A stretch of 64,000 nucleotides of DNA, from assembly GCA_009103225.1 (NCBI GenBank), contig RHPI01001327.1, positions 248,001-312,000 on the forward strand, given 5' to 3'. The position numbers and the translations under genes were made by a program. The notes below the pieces were generated by a model. That model was not told the origin of the DNA. It made no database searches and was given only the letters and a program-made list of their open reading frames with translations. The stretch's first letter is position 1. The number at the start of each line of letters is the position of its first letter. The DNA comes from Chlorokybus atmophyticus. Lineage: Eukaryota > Plantae > Mesostigma and Chlorokybus algae. Positions 19,965-33,648 of this stretch are shown piece by piece.

Positions 19965-21817
19965 GTGCCCCATGCAATCAATACACCATCATATCACTGA
20001 ACAATATCAGTTGAAACGTTATGACGGTACCAGTCTGCTACAGCGATATTGATGTGATTGTTGATGTAAGTTTTGCACAACCTAACATGCTAAATTTAGC
20101 TTGCTTGTTTTACAGAGCGCGCGCGCAGACACACGCTTCTCGGCTTACACACCTCAAAACGTGCATGTGCGTGCCTATGCGTCGACGAGGCCGAGGCAGA
20201 CAGGCAGAGCAGGCAGCCTGCAGATGGCGGCGGCGGTGGCAGCGGCGGCGGTGGAGGAGGTGGAACGGCTACGCCAGCGCCGACTTTCATCATATCCTCT
20301 TGGCCTGCGCTGATCCCCGAGGCTCCCCGAGGCTAGACTGCCTGCTCTGGCGGCTGTGGATCAGCGCCCCCTCCACCTCAGAGTATCCAACAGCAGCAGG
20401 TAGACCTAGGCGCAGCAAGCAACTCTGCGTGTTGCTTGCAGCAAGGCAAGGTTTAGAATGAGTCCGCCAGCGTTGCTAATGTGACAGGTACTAATTGTTC
20501 AAGTCGCTTGTGCATATGTGTGGTCTGTGCATTTGGTTGTACGTTCACATGCTTTCATCCGCCGACCAGTCAAGTGCAGCAAGCAAAACCCCGTTCTTTA
20601 TGTTGCATGCAACTCACACGAACACGTACGCGCATGAGCACAGGCAAAAATGTTAGTTGTCTGTGTGTAAGCTTCTGACCATGCGTGACTCGCGCATACG
20701 GTGAGTTGTACAACAGCCTGAGTCTGCACTGTTAAGCGTGGTTTACTGAGCTGGATGTTTCTGTAGTGCTGTATAAAGATTGCCCTTGCAAACCTTGGCA
20801 CAGATAACTTTGGTGCAATTGCAGCTGAAGCCTTGCGCTCGCTTTCGCCAACACCTGGACGTGATGCGTTGCTGATGTGTTGAGCCAATCAGCCTATTAG
20901 GAGCAGCTCATTCTACAGGTGCCTGGTTAAAGCAGTCGTGTGTGTATGGCTGTCTCGCTGTTATTGTTGTGTTCGTTGGTTTGCAAGCCCTGAACCCTGC
21001 ACCAAGTAGTGTGGTTCACTTTTGCAGTCCCTCAGCGCACAAACTAGCCCAACATGGCTCAACCGGGGCGGAATAGCCGAGGGTTCGAGTAATGCTCAGC
21101 GCTCGACAAACGGTGCCACATCTAGTCGAGTAAGTCGCTGTTCAGCAGACCGACCGTGTTGTGTGTCAACACGGGCCACATTTTGTGTGGTGGTGTACTT
21201 ACTGCAGACGTCAACTCTTGGACTATGCTCATGTTGGTTTTGTTATTTATTATTTCTGACAGCCAGAGAGCTTTGAAAGTGTTACAGACGAAGCAGTGGA
21301 GACCGATTTGAGGCTTGAGCCACCGCATCTTCCACTGTGTTGCAGGACTCAGCTTCAACAACTGGCGGCTTCAGTAGCAGCAGGCCGACAGCCTGCAGAC
21401 CAATTCGATGTGTGGTGAGTGACTTGCTCGGAGATGGTGGAGCAGTTTGTTAATTGCGAGCACATGATTCTGAGGCACAGCTAGTTTACGATGTGTGCCA
21501 CAGCAGGGACTCGGTGTACCTCCAAGCCTAGGACCCAGTCCAAGCTGCAGTTATAGTCGTCAGTGGGCCAGAGCACTGTAGTCACCTACCTCTTGGTTCC
21601 CGCTACTTTCTGTGACACATAACGCAACAGCTGCTTTGCATACCATCAGTAAGCAACCCACAACCCAGAACTGAATGATGGCAAGGTTTATGTCATGCAT
21701 TGTGTGCGAGATCGCTTGCGGTGCATCCGGTGAGCATGCTGAGCTCTCTGTGCGTCAATGCCAATGCTGCGTGTACCACTGCTCCAACTAGGAGTTGGGA
21801 AAGAGAGAGTGCGCGTG

Positions 21818-24800
21818 ATGGCAGCCGCTTCTTCTGCACGGCCCGGCATCTTCGACACCATCGACGACCTGCGATTCTTTCTAGAAAACCTGGATCCGAG
21901 ATACGGCGCATACACGAATGCGCTATGGGAAAAAGGGTATCAGAGTGTGAACGAGCTGAGCGTGGCTTCTGAGGACGCGCTTGTGAGCATTGGCATCCCA
22001 GAGATTAAGGCCAAAACAATCCTTGCAGCAGCCCGGCATGTATCGCCCTTGCGGCCTTCACCTGTTAACAGTGAGTCACTCTTTGTTGACGAACATTGTG
22101 CATGTGATTTGTAGCATCTCGAAGAGGTAGAGTTGCGCATGCAATAGGCAAAAGGTGACCACTCAGCTCATTGCCCGCAAACCATTAGTAACTACCCGAT
22201 GCATAGAGTGTACAAGCACTGCGGTCTGTTTGTGCCAGCTGTCAACACTGCGAAGTAGGTTTCTTGTCGACAGAGTAATCAGTTTCACATTCCACAGAGT
22301 TAACATGCTTACTGGCCCTGTTTGCACCCATGCAACGACACTTTGCATGCTTTTGGCGTTTGACATCCTGCGATTGTATGCAGGTCAGTTTGTGTCTCAC
22401 AGTCCAGGCTGGGTGTACGGACAGCTCGTGGCTGCGGACTTAGTGACAGTGCTCCCTCACTTGAACGAGGGCTCTGAGCCGCCGGGTGGTATGGACATCT
22501 CCGAGGATAGGCGTGGCTTCAGAGACGTCTGGCAACGTCGGTTTGCCTCCTTTCTATCAATTCGGGCGACGTTCCCGGCGGTGCAGAATGAGCGCTTCGC
22601 GGCGCAGAGTCAGCCGGTTTATCAAGCGTTTGCAACCCTGATTGAAGACATCATGTCAGTGATTCATGACAACAACAATGCGCGAGGGGAGTCTTGGTGC
22701 AACAGGCGGAGCCGGCCTGATACCAGTTTGGACTTTGTCGCCAGCGACGTCTTGTGGGCAAGAAAGGTGCGCCACATCTCGTTGGCAACTGTACTGAACG
22801 ACACAAACTAATCAGCACTGAATCTGTGTCATCAGTTTCACGATGTTTCCAACCTGTTCAAGGACGCGGACTTCATCTTGGAATATAAGAAGTCCCTAAC
22901 CCAGCACAACGTGAAATGGGGGTAAGTGCCTGAGCAAGGGGAGTGTGTAGCATGTTCAAGTACATTGTTACCGCTTGAAACATGGCATTCATGAGTCGCA
23001 CATGCCGTTTCTTGTAGCCTTGTGCAGGCGCTTAAGGGCGTGTCTCGCAAGCGTACAGCTACACAAGTAGCTGTGCAACCGCCCTTTCCCTTTGCCGTCT
23101 GCAGCAGCAGCCAGATTGTGACTGCGGTGGGCAAGTTTGAGGGCGAGACACCGCGCGTCATTCGCTCACAGGTCATGCCACTCGCTCAAGAGCTACCCGA
23201 CGGTCGGTACTTGTTAGACCGCACGTCGTCGGGATACAAGGTGCGCATAGGATGCTGTTTACTGCATGGTACAATCTGCTGTCATCTCCTTGTACTTACA
23301 ACATCTGCGCGACGTATGTAGGACTTGGTGTTTGTTTGCTACATTGCGGCAAACGAAGCCATGGAGGCTAGTGCAAGAGCCAAGGATGAAGACTTCTTTA
23401 ATCCAGGTGCGTGATTGTGCAATGAGTTGTTAAACTTTGTAGTTAATGATAAGACTTTCGTCTGTTGCAGGGCATGCTGTCACCTTGAAGTGTGGTGCTA
23501 GTGACATCATGGCCCTAGAGGTGATTGAAGTGGCTGATAGACCCCGCGTGGCTGGCGGGGCCTACTTTGTGAAGGTTGCGGCAGCAGATACAGATGTAGC
23601 GACTCACGTGCTCAAGATCGCTCCGCACCAAGAGTATTTGAATGGTCGCGCGCAGCTGTGCCTAGGTGTTGAGCATTTGCAACAGGTAAACACTTTCACT
23701 ACTATTGTTGTCGATGCACATTTTCTATATTAAGTCAACTACAGTGCTCGAGCCCCCCCCCCCCACCCCCCCCCCCCCCCCCCCCNNNNNNNNNNNNNNN
23801 NNNNNNNNNNNNNNNNNNNNNNNNNNNNNNNNNNNNNNNNNNNNNNNNNNNNNNNNNNNNNNNNNNNNNNNNNNNNNNNNNNNNNNNNNNNNNNNNNNNN
23901 NNNNNNNNNNNNNNNNNNNNNNNNNNNNNNNNNNNNNNNNNNNNNNNNNNNNNNNNNNNNNNNNNNNNNNNNNNNNNNNNNNNNNNNNNNNNNNNNNNNN
24001 NNNNNNNNNNNNNNNNNNNNNNNNNNNNNNNNNNNNNNNNNNNNNNNNNNNNNNNNNNNNNNNNNNNNNNNNNNNNNNNNNNNNNNNNNNNNNNNNNNNN
24101 NNNNNNNNNNNNNNNCCCCCCCCCCCCCCCCCCCCCTTCCTGAACTTGTGAACACCTTTGTGCATACAGGTGCAGCGTGAGATCGCCGTGCTGCAGTACA
24201 TCGGCGCGCATGACATGAAGGGGTTGCCGCAACTTGTTGCAGCAGGCAGCCTCGTGAACTGCGGTCAGGCGCCCCGCGTTGAAGGTGCGGCCGCTGTGTT
24301 GACAACCAAGTTTGGCCAACCGCTCGTGACGGATAGCGGCAAGCTGCCCATCCTTGACATGAAGGACTTGCAGCAACTTGCTGCTGACATCTTGGAGGTC
24401 CTGCTTTTCTTGCAGGTATAGTATTGCAAGTTGTGCTTTGTCACCAAGCCGCACGGTTGGATTGTGTGTGCACGTGTGCAAGCTTGCAGCGGAACAATTC
24501 TCCTAATTTGCTTCGGGTCTAAATCTTTGTTACCCAATTGTGTGTTTTATGCTTTGAGTAGGGCAAGGGCGTGCAGCACAACGACCTATGCCCGGAGAAC
24601 ATCGCTGTCCGTGTGTCTGATGGTCGTGCCCGATATGGGCTCTTCGACTTTGGCGGTGCGACGTGCATGGCAGCAGGAGTAGAAGACGCGCTCTTCGCTC
24701 GGTATCTATACAGCTCTTGGATGTGGATCTCGGTGGGGTCCACCGAGTTTTATGGGGATTGCGAGTCCCTAGTGTACACCCTGCTGGCTCTGTCTGGGCC

Positions 24801-25176
24801 GGTGCACACGCCTTTGCCCTGGGCGTATGCTGCGCAGCAACGCGACATCAAGAGCCTTCGCGAACTTCGGTGGGCCGTGCTCACAGCTGGTACGGCTGGC
24901 AATGCCGTGATGCGCACGTGGCCCTCGGCGTTGCGCGCCTTCGCCGATGGGGTGTTTGCGAGCGCCGAGAGATTGAAGCCGTTGGCCATGCTAGAATGGC
25001 TTTCAGCGCTGCAAGCTGCGCTCGCCTCCGATGACGCATCCTTGAAGGGCATGCGGGTGGTTCCTGCAGGAGCCACCCCTGATGACGCACCCCTTGGTAT
25101 GTTGAGCTGTTGTGCTGTTGAGCTGGCGTTCATGTTGAGAACAATGGCAACACATCTTCTTCGCGCAGTTGCTTAG
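21818..25176 (+). CDS. Crinkler/CR-type protein: SAM-like header + PD-(D/E)xK nuclease-like domain + protein kinase
   Basis: Exon 1 FLENLDPRYGAYTNALWEKGYQSVNELSVASEDALVSIGIPEIKAKTILAAAR is SAM-like. RPD...FILEYKK...GLVQ has REase-like spacing. The kinase shows VLKI, VQREIAVL, HNDLCPENI, LFDFG and GDCESLVYTLL. The downstream exons splice in frame at GT-AG sites. Confidence 0.75.
23786..24115. other. Assembly gap (330 N) flanked by poly-C, inside an intron of the kinase gene
   Basis: N run with C-rich tracts on both sides. The exons EHLQQ and VQREIAVL flank it in frame. Confidence 0.98.
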
Positions 25177-25559
25177 GTACTACGGAGAAATGCGCACGCG
25201 TGCATGTGCGTGTGCAATCCTTTGGGCAGGTGGGTGGCACAACAGTGCAAGAGTCGAGAACCCTCTTGCCGTTGCAGAGCAAGAGTCCTCATGGGGGTAC
25301 TGCAGGAAGAGGTGGGTTGGATGGCGGCGGGGTTGGGGGCAACAGGGAAACTATGAGGCAGTAGTCAACGCGCAAGGAGGCCCACTGCGCAGCTTGAGGG
25401 AAAGGTTGCCAGCGGCAACGCCTCAATCGCCAGGTAAGCCAGAGGCGTGCGAGCCTGCGCATGTGCATGCGTGCGTGCGTGCGTACACACGCTTTTGTGC
25501 ACTGCCAGGTGTGTGCGTGTGAGTTATGTGAGCAGAAAACTTCAATCTGCATGTGCCCT

Positions 25560-28130
25560 GATGTAGCGTCTTTCCAGCCTTGAGGGCGTGCGAGCATGCA
25601 ACTTTCCGGCGACTGCATAATGGAGGAAGAGCTGTGCTTCGCTGATGGCAACTACGCCGACCGCTGCGCGGTGTGTGGCTGATTGTGTGTTCTTGTACAG
25701 TGATACGTCTGTCTGCATAAGCTTGTTGTGTAGCATACTCGTAACGCCTTGTTACAGGCTAGGTGCACTGTGCAGTAGGACAGACACGCCTCTGTGTATA
25801 TTGTTCGTAGGCAGGCACCTGTCGCCTAGTCTCTTGTCTGGACTTGCTTATGATGCACCAGAACTTGACCACAAACAATCAAGCAGAGCAATGATTACCT
25901 TCTTCTTGTGCACAACACTTGCAGACTGGTCGGAACTTACTCAAGAGCTATGCTAACAGAAGGACTATGCATATGTACACAAGCTGTGCATCAGTTGACA
26001 AACATGGTGTCGTGCACGAGGCTCTTCTTCGTGAACCTGCGCAAGAAGTCGTTTAGCTGGTCGCGGATATGGTCATACCCGGCCTCACATGTCTCGATGC
26101 GTAACAACGGCGTCCTGATGCATGGCATGGCAGGAATACTGTCCCCTCCTCCCCCCCCCCCCCAACTCTCTGCTGTCACTCGCCTCGCCCAACCAAAATC
26201 TCCGCCTCGCAGAACCACCTGTTGGGGATGAAGCATTCGATATCTACCTCCACAATCTGTGTGCGTGCGTGTATGTGTGTGTGTGTCTTTGTATCGCTCT
26301 GCGTGCGCATGTGCGTGTGTGCGCGCATGCACATGCTTGTGCGTACATGTTGCAACAAACGACAATATACCACATTAAGCGTTACCTCTAAGGGCGTCAA
26401 GGCTGTCCCAAGCGTGTCTCTGCTCTCTCTCGCCATCACGTTATTGGCATGTGTGGTGGCGGGCGGGAACAACAGCGCTGAATCCGCATACAGGTCCGTT
26501 GATACCTCTACGGCTCAGCTATTCAGAATCTGACCAAAGGACTGATCTGAAGCCCTTTGGTGGTTCTCATTCACATGCTATTGGCGCCTGTCCTGATGCT
26601 GGTGATGATGTTGTTGGTGGTGTGATGCTGCGGTGTTGCGGGGGAGGCTGCGTGTAGCCCAGTCCCTGGTGCACGTTGGTGCTTTGGCTGATGTTGTCCT
26701 TCTGCTCACGCTCCTGGTGTGATGTCGCCTGTACAACAGAAAGGCCCTCACACTCTCTCTCAAACCTCCCCCAGAATAAACACGGCATTGTTATCACGCA
26801 CGCAGGCATGTGCAAACACAAACACAGGTAAACTATTGCACACACGCGCACGCCCGCAGGTGCGGACACACAAGCATGGCCGCAGATGCGCACAACGACA
26901 CAGGATTACACACGTGTATGCGCACACACAAGAACACACGCATGCACGCATGCACACGCTTTCTCCACGTCACATATGGAGACACAGCAGCGATAGTCTC
27001 CTCCACGCTTCTGCTCCTCCCCTCGTACACATCACTGCTGCTGTTGTCATTGTTATTGTTGTTGTTGTGTCCCGCATTGGCATGTGCGTGAAGCTAGTTG
27101 AGCTCCGTCACATCGCGAAAGGTCTCGTAGCTCGCTGCCTGCTGTGGGTTGCATGTTGAATTACATGCCGAAGTCAAGCTTCCAGCATCGCGCGCTCCCG
27201 AGCATTACACCACTGCTTCTACTCTATCTGCTCCAGCAGCTCGCTGCAATACACTTACCAAGAGATTGATATGAGGACACATGTGTGCGCACTTGTATAC
27301 GCGCACTCATTCACACACAGACATGACGTGCGCACAGTCACACATGCTTACATGCACACGTGCACATATCGAGACATACTTTGCTTTTTCCCTAACCGTC
27401 TCGTCTTCTCCCTGCTGCTGCTACTGTTGTTGTTGCTCGTGTTGTTGTTATTGTTGCTGCGGTGGCAGCGGCGATGGTTGTTGTGGTTGCTGTCAAAAGT
27501 GCGATTGTGGTTGCTGATAGCGTGCTTTCGACTTACTCGTAATCATGCTCAGCACTCCTGTACAACGTCAGTACTGAGAGACCATGTTTTTACAACTTGG
27601 CTGTCGCTTTGCACAACTAACGAGACACACGCGCACGTGCATGCACGCCCACATCCCCAGACATGGTGCGCAACTTGTCCTGTACAGAGTAGACGATAAC
27701 ACAATGAGCACAGCTATTTGCCTGCATTGCCGAGTACTCAGGAGGTATCTGCTGATATCACAAATGCTCCCTGGTGGCTGGCAAGCATGTTGTCCCATGG
27801 CATGCTCCCCAGTCCTTGTTTTCCATGACCTGCTCAACAAACCTACCAGGTGTTAGACTGCAATCAAGGTGGCAATATCGTCCATCCACGCTTCCTGCAT
27901 CTGGCAACCCAACCTTCCACAGACTCAGTACAGGCGTTTCTGCGTTGTAAGATGCAATGTGTTCTCCCAACCTTAGCTTTCCACTCGGTACTCCTTGCTG
28001 TACTCCTCAAGTTGCACAAGCCAACCTGTCTGCAAGCTTTGTGGCGCGCCCGACAAAACATATCAGCAGCTCAGCTGCCGTTAGGTCTAGCGTCCCAGCA
28101 TGGCCGACCTGAAGGATATCAAAGCTGATA
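25560..28130 (-). pseudogene. Possible decayed multi-exon gene, with a kinase-like GDFGWARR fragment
   Basis: Short exon-like segments between CA/TG-rich introns, many stops, and a single DFG-like motif near 26200. Confidence 0.2.
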
Positions 28131-28991
28131 AGCAGCTGGGGCACAAACATCAAACATGCTTGCCCACCTGGCTGCTCTCCCTCCCTCGCTGGTCCACAGG
28201 TCGGTCCACCACGTCCTTACTGCTACCTGCCCTCTGCACTGCACGCACATAGAGCACTAGTAATAGCATAGGGCCCCGGGGGCTGGTAATAATCTCTGTT
28301 GGTCTGCTTCTCCTATGCTGCCTGCTTGCTGTGCGCTACTGCTTGCAGTCTGCTACTTGCTGCTGTTGTGCAGTTTGTGTGTGTGCGCATGCCGTGCAGA
28401 TTGACTTACACCTTATGCTTGCGCTTATGATTGTTTGTTCACATTCTGTGGCTTAATGTGTACAGATGAAAACCGCTGCTCCAGTACAGCATAAGAACAC
28501 TAATGTTGTTAAGCGTGTTTATTTCCCCTTGGGATTATGCAGCTCTTTTTCATTCTTGCTTAACTCGAGAAGTAGACCTGCATGTTGTGGGCGATCAACA
28601 TCATCCTAGACTGCCTAAGGAGCTGATGTCTGGCATTGGCGTGCTTTCTCATATGGTAGGAGTGAAGCAAATCCAAAGTTTGAAACACTGTTTGTCACTG
28701 GCGAGCAGTGTCTGAAACCTTTGATCTGGTAGTGGCCGAGCCTAGCAATGTATAAACGCACTGATTGGTAGGTGTTGACAACTTGCATGCGGTGTCAAGA
28801 CTAAGTGAGCTAACCACAACCATAAAGCGCAAACAGACAATAGTTGAACGAAAAACTTTACAACCACAAACTACGTCGTTGCCTTATCTTACTTGGTTAT
28901 TCTACTTATTTATCAAAGGAAAAAGTTGTATACATAGTTACAAGCATACAACGCTGTATATGTACACGGTTGGCTGGCTGCCCGCCGCAAC

Positions 28992-31412
28992 TTAATGTTT
29001 GTGTATCGCATCATCATCTGACATGTATGTTTCCCTTGTTTCATGATCAGAACCATCCATCAAGGCGTCTTCCACCAGGATGGATGCGCGTTGATGTTGC
29101 CTGCCTGCTTTGCCCTCCATGGTTTTCATCTTGACATCGATGTCTGCAACAGGAACACCTGTGATGGCTGCATACACGCTTGATGTCCAGACAGGGTCCA
29201 GCTTAGGCAGCGAGTACGTCTCCAACTTGATTGGCAACTTGGCTTCCGGCAGATTTGGAGCTGATACGGGTTCTCTGCAGACACAACATGGCAACGTGAG
29301 CAGAGAGCTGACACATGTGTGCAATTTCCGTGCAACTGTTTGCGCATGCACGCAAGCGCGCAGCCAGCACGCACCGCTCGTAATATATCTGTGTGCTGAT
29401 TTTCTCCATCTTTTCAAGGTCTTTGGGGAGCCGGTCACGAATGGCAAGCACGAAGTTGTGCACCAGCAGCTTACTGCATACACATGCACAGTAAGCTCCA
29501 GGACACACCCAACTGCACAACAGCGAACACTCGCACCAAGTCAGTGCGCACCTGTGGTGGGGACGTAAGTGGTTGTATTCACGACGCAGATTGTCGGCTT
29601 GCGCTAGGAGTAGCTGAGCCAAACGCAAGCAAGCCACAGCCTGGCAATTGCAGGAACAGATGTGTTATACACCAATTAGCACACACCATGGTCTCCAACA
29701 AACCTGTAGGCTCAATGTCAAACCAGTACCTGGCCATGGCTGCCCTTCTCGTCCTCTTCGTCCAACACGAGACCATGGTAGAAGTAGGCAGTGGCCTGCG
29801 ACTTTGACAGTTACTATGACAGGCTGGCCGCGGTCACCGCTATTTAACCAGGCATGTGCCGTGGTACACTGCTACACGTGCATTGCACAACTAGCTCAAG
29901 CTACTTACCCGTGCTTGTACAAGTTTCCAGTTGAAGAAAGCATCCTGCTTGGCGGCTGCAGGACCAACTCTCTTCACTGCACGCAAGTTGGCCACAGCCT
30001 GCAAAGAACCACGTGTTGGTACATTATCACAACTGGTATCATAGCTGAACCCCATGTGAAGTGGTTACCCACCTCATCCCAAAGATGAGCAATGAAGCAT
30101 GCCAGCCAGCACTGCGCTTTCAATGTGACACTTTCACGCTCATGTGCCGCAAGCTGCTGCAGCTCTTCGACCTGCTTGGGCTCGAAGTCAGCAGTCATAG
30201 CCAAGGCGGATTGGCTTTGTGACAACTAAAGCAGCGGGTGCTTGTACCTGTGCAAGACACTGCAGCTGCAACGCCCGCAACACCTTTGGAGAAAGGTCGG
30301 CCGGCAGCTTTGCCCTGCAAACCCATATACCAGTTGTGATGAGAAACAAACCACGCAATAAACAAATTCAGCCAGCATCACTGTCATCGCACCTGGTGTG
30401 AACGGACATTGTGGGAAGCAGCTGCGTGCAGCAGTGTTCCAAGATGCCCGCAGCGCGGAGCAGAGCTGCATTGCCCTCCTTGCGCTCCATCGTGCCTTGT
30501 CCCATGCAAAGCAGAGAGTCGGCCTCCATCATCTTCGCGCACGCCTTGAGCACCAACACAGACAGCACCTCATACTGTGCGCTGGGCACCTCGGTTACCT
30601 GACCACGACACACGGGTCAAACGTTTGCAGCAACGTTTGTGTAACGTTGTTGAGTTGCGTGCCCGCACGCATGCTTGCAGTGCGTTTGGTGTTGTTGGCG
30701 AAATTTGCAAGCTTTGCTCTCACGCAACACACCTGTTCCTGAGACAGCCAGTTGTTCCAAGAGAATGACACCGAGCTCTCCAGGTCACTGCCTGCAAAGA
30801 GAGTCACACACAACAAGCATCATCAGTGCCAACAGTCAGGACCACAAAGAATACACTGTGCATCGCTGTGTGTGCAGCAACACCAAACATTGCGTGCACT
30901 GCTGTATGCATGTGTATGTTGAGTAAGGGGATGATGGAGTTTACACCTGCACTATCCGGCATGCTGAAGGGAGACAGCAGTCCGAGCAGAACTTCAAGAT
31001 AATCGTTGGCATTCTGCTCAACGTAGTGTTCGTTGCCGCGCTCCCAGGTACCGAAGGTGGGGTCAGCATTGCTGGCTAGAGAGGCGAGGCGGTTGCGAAG
31101 GGATGTGAGGGTGTCAAGCAGCTCGGGTGGGGCTGCATTGAGGGCCTTTGTGTGCCAATCTGGCCCGGGGCCGAGAGGCGCCCGTAGAGGCGGGACATGC
31201 ACGGCGCAGCGGCCCTCCCAGCTGCCGCCAGCGGTGACGGAGGCTGCACCGGCCACGACAGCTGCAGCCGCGGCTGCCGCCGCACTCTTGCGGCCTCCTT
31301 GCAATGACAGGGTGCGTGAGATGCTGAGCGACGCGGGCCGGCGCAGTGCCAGCGACGGGCGGTGCTCACGGTTGCTGCCTACTCCTCGCTCAGTGGACCC
31401 GCAGCACCCCAT
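28992..31412 (-). CDS. Plant-type BRO1-domain endosomal protein (BROX-like)
   Basis: Starts MGCCGST; includes VHVPPLRAP...LLDTLTSLRNRL, FSWNNW, YEVLSVLVLKA, ATAYFYHGLVLDE and STQIYYER. Multi-exon; the 3' end is approximate. Confidence 0.8.
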
Positions 31413-32194
31413 GCACACAAAGCCCAGTGCAACAGCCCGCAACGCCACCCAACAGCCTACAGGGTCTTTAACCTCTCCAGCTGCTGCCTCAGTATGCTTG
31501 AACAGGGTGGGGCTTCACTGCAAGACAACGCACAGTTGGACCCAATGCACAGCGGTTGCTGCCTACACTTCAACAGATCAACTCGCGCACTGGTGAGGAA
31601 TCAGATTTTCTTATATTGCAACTTGGATGGTCTGCAAGCTGCTTGAAACATTATGTGCAACGTGCATTGGGCCAGCAGGCGGCATTGGCCCAACGTACAA
31701 TGCAGCGACAGCACAGCTAGCTTACATGAAATGCATACATGCACGTCAGCTTGTGAAGAGCAAACTGCACGCCAGCAATGACCCTGCAGTTGACCGTCTC
31801 CCCAACGCATTAGTCAAGCAGGGGGCCTCTTGCTGGGAACCTTGTCAAGCAAAGAAAGCCCCACCAGCAGGACGCAATGCGCGTGCCCTCACCGTTCAAA
31901 TGGTGAGGAACAAAGCATAGCATTCCAGCATACACGCTTCTTTCCGCTCTAATGGAGCAGCACCAAGCTTGACCAGGATAACTGGTCAAACTCCAGTACT
32001 CCGCACAGCTGAGCCACTACTCACTCGCGAACCGGACAAAGGCCTTCAATTCTGCGAGCAAGCACAATAATCTCACCAGTAGAGCCTGCGTGACGCCCGC
32101 AAACTCCTCCACCCCCGGCTAACCCCTTCACTGCCGCCGCCGCCTCCGTCCCCGCCGCGGCCCAGCAGGCTGACGCCAACAAGGTGTAGACCGG

Positions 32195-32203
32195 TTAGGG
32201 TTT
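32195..32203. promoter_or_regulatory. Telo-box upstream of the BRO1-like gene
   Basis: TTAGGGTTT next to a CpG-rich stretch. Confidence 0.4.
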
Positions 32204-33648
32204 GGAATCTAACGCAACCGAACGGTTAGGCATAACCCTGGAAGGGAGCCGTTGGGGTCTTTACCGCTGACGCTTCACTGAGATGCTGAAACACGTTGAC
32301 CGTAACTGACGGTCCATCAGGCAGGTACAAACTGCTGCAGTAACGTTACACCGTACAGCAACGTAACCGATTGTGATAGTTATTTTATAGTGTGCACACG
32401 GACATTTGTCACATGCAACAACAACAACACCTTGATCACATTGTGAGCCTACAAGTTACAGATGCGAACTTGACTTAGCACCTTGTTTATAAGAAATTGT
32501 TATAGGTAATGTTGATTAATTGTACAGGATATGCGCGAGACAATTGTATTCAGAGAGTGTGCCAGCTGCTTGATTAAATGCTTAGATGACATTTGCAAAC
32601 GGGGCATACATAAATGTGGCACTGCGCATAATGAAAATTTCATTGTGAACTGCAATTAAAAATAAAAGTATACAACCTACATTGATTGAATTGTATATAG
32701 TCACGTCCGTACTATAAATTTACTGAAGAAACGAATCAACAATCTACTCATGCATATACTTATATATTGAGTTGTAATTTTATCTGTATGTCATTTTAGT
32801 ATTCTTTATGCAAATGCTTATATTCGTTCAACAATGATTAATCTTGTAGATATATTGGTTTCATATAATTGCTTACGTGTTGATGCTCGAGTTGACTCAA
32901 ACATGCTTAACATGATCTATTCTCGCTTTTTTCAGACCATATCATATTTTGCAGCATAAAGTATTGATACAACAGGATACAACATTTGTTACGTATGTAC
33001 TAATAATAATACTTTTGTGACACATTTCGCAAAAGGGCTGCTGAGCATCATCTTATGCCATAAACCATTCCAAATCCAGTATGACAACCAACAGTGCAAT
33101 GTACATATTGCCGAGAAAGTTAAATAAATTCGTAGCATGCATACGCCACGATGATGATATCACACGTGAATGCATAAACACACTACGCAACATGTTGCAT
33201 TGATTATGTATGCAAATTTCTCACACAAGGACATGCTCCGCTTTTCAAAGTTTCATGATGTTTGACATATGCAATCTCCGTATCGCATTCAAACTCTCCA
33301 TACACATTAGCATAATGTCCATGGTCATGCCATGGTCACTACCGATACATGTTGCATTTTGCCTGCATGTCCTATAACCGTAATGTGTTTGCAACCGAAT
33401 CCCTATGAAACAGGGTGAGCGTGCGGTAACATATCATTCAAATCCCACGATACCCAATCCAACCAACCAACCAACCAACCTACTCAGGTATTTGTAAACG
33501 CCGATTCTTTTGTACACATGGACAACAAGCCATGCCTTGCTACCTTATGTAACGATGCGTCTACACCGTGTATGTACATAGTGATCATTGGAGCACATGC
33601 AACAGCGCACCAAATACGCTCAACTCGACAAGTTGCCTCTCACAATGC

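Noticed and set aside
19700-19981. Poly-Ser ORF
   Set aside because: Translation of the (CTA)n microsatellite.
21050-21095. tRNA/SINE-like TGGCTCAACCGG ... GGTTCGA
   Set aside because: The boxes are only about 27 nt apart and there is no cloverleaf.
23705-24481. Poly-Pro/Gly ORFs spanning the N gap
   Set aside because: Artefacts of the poly-C tracts and Ns.
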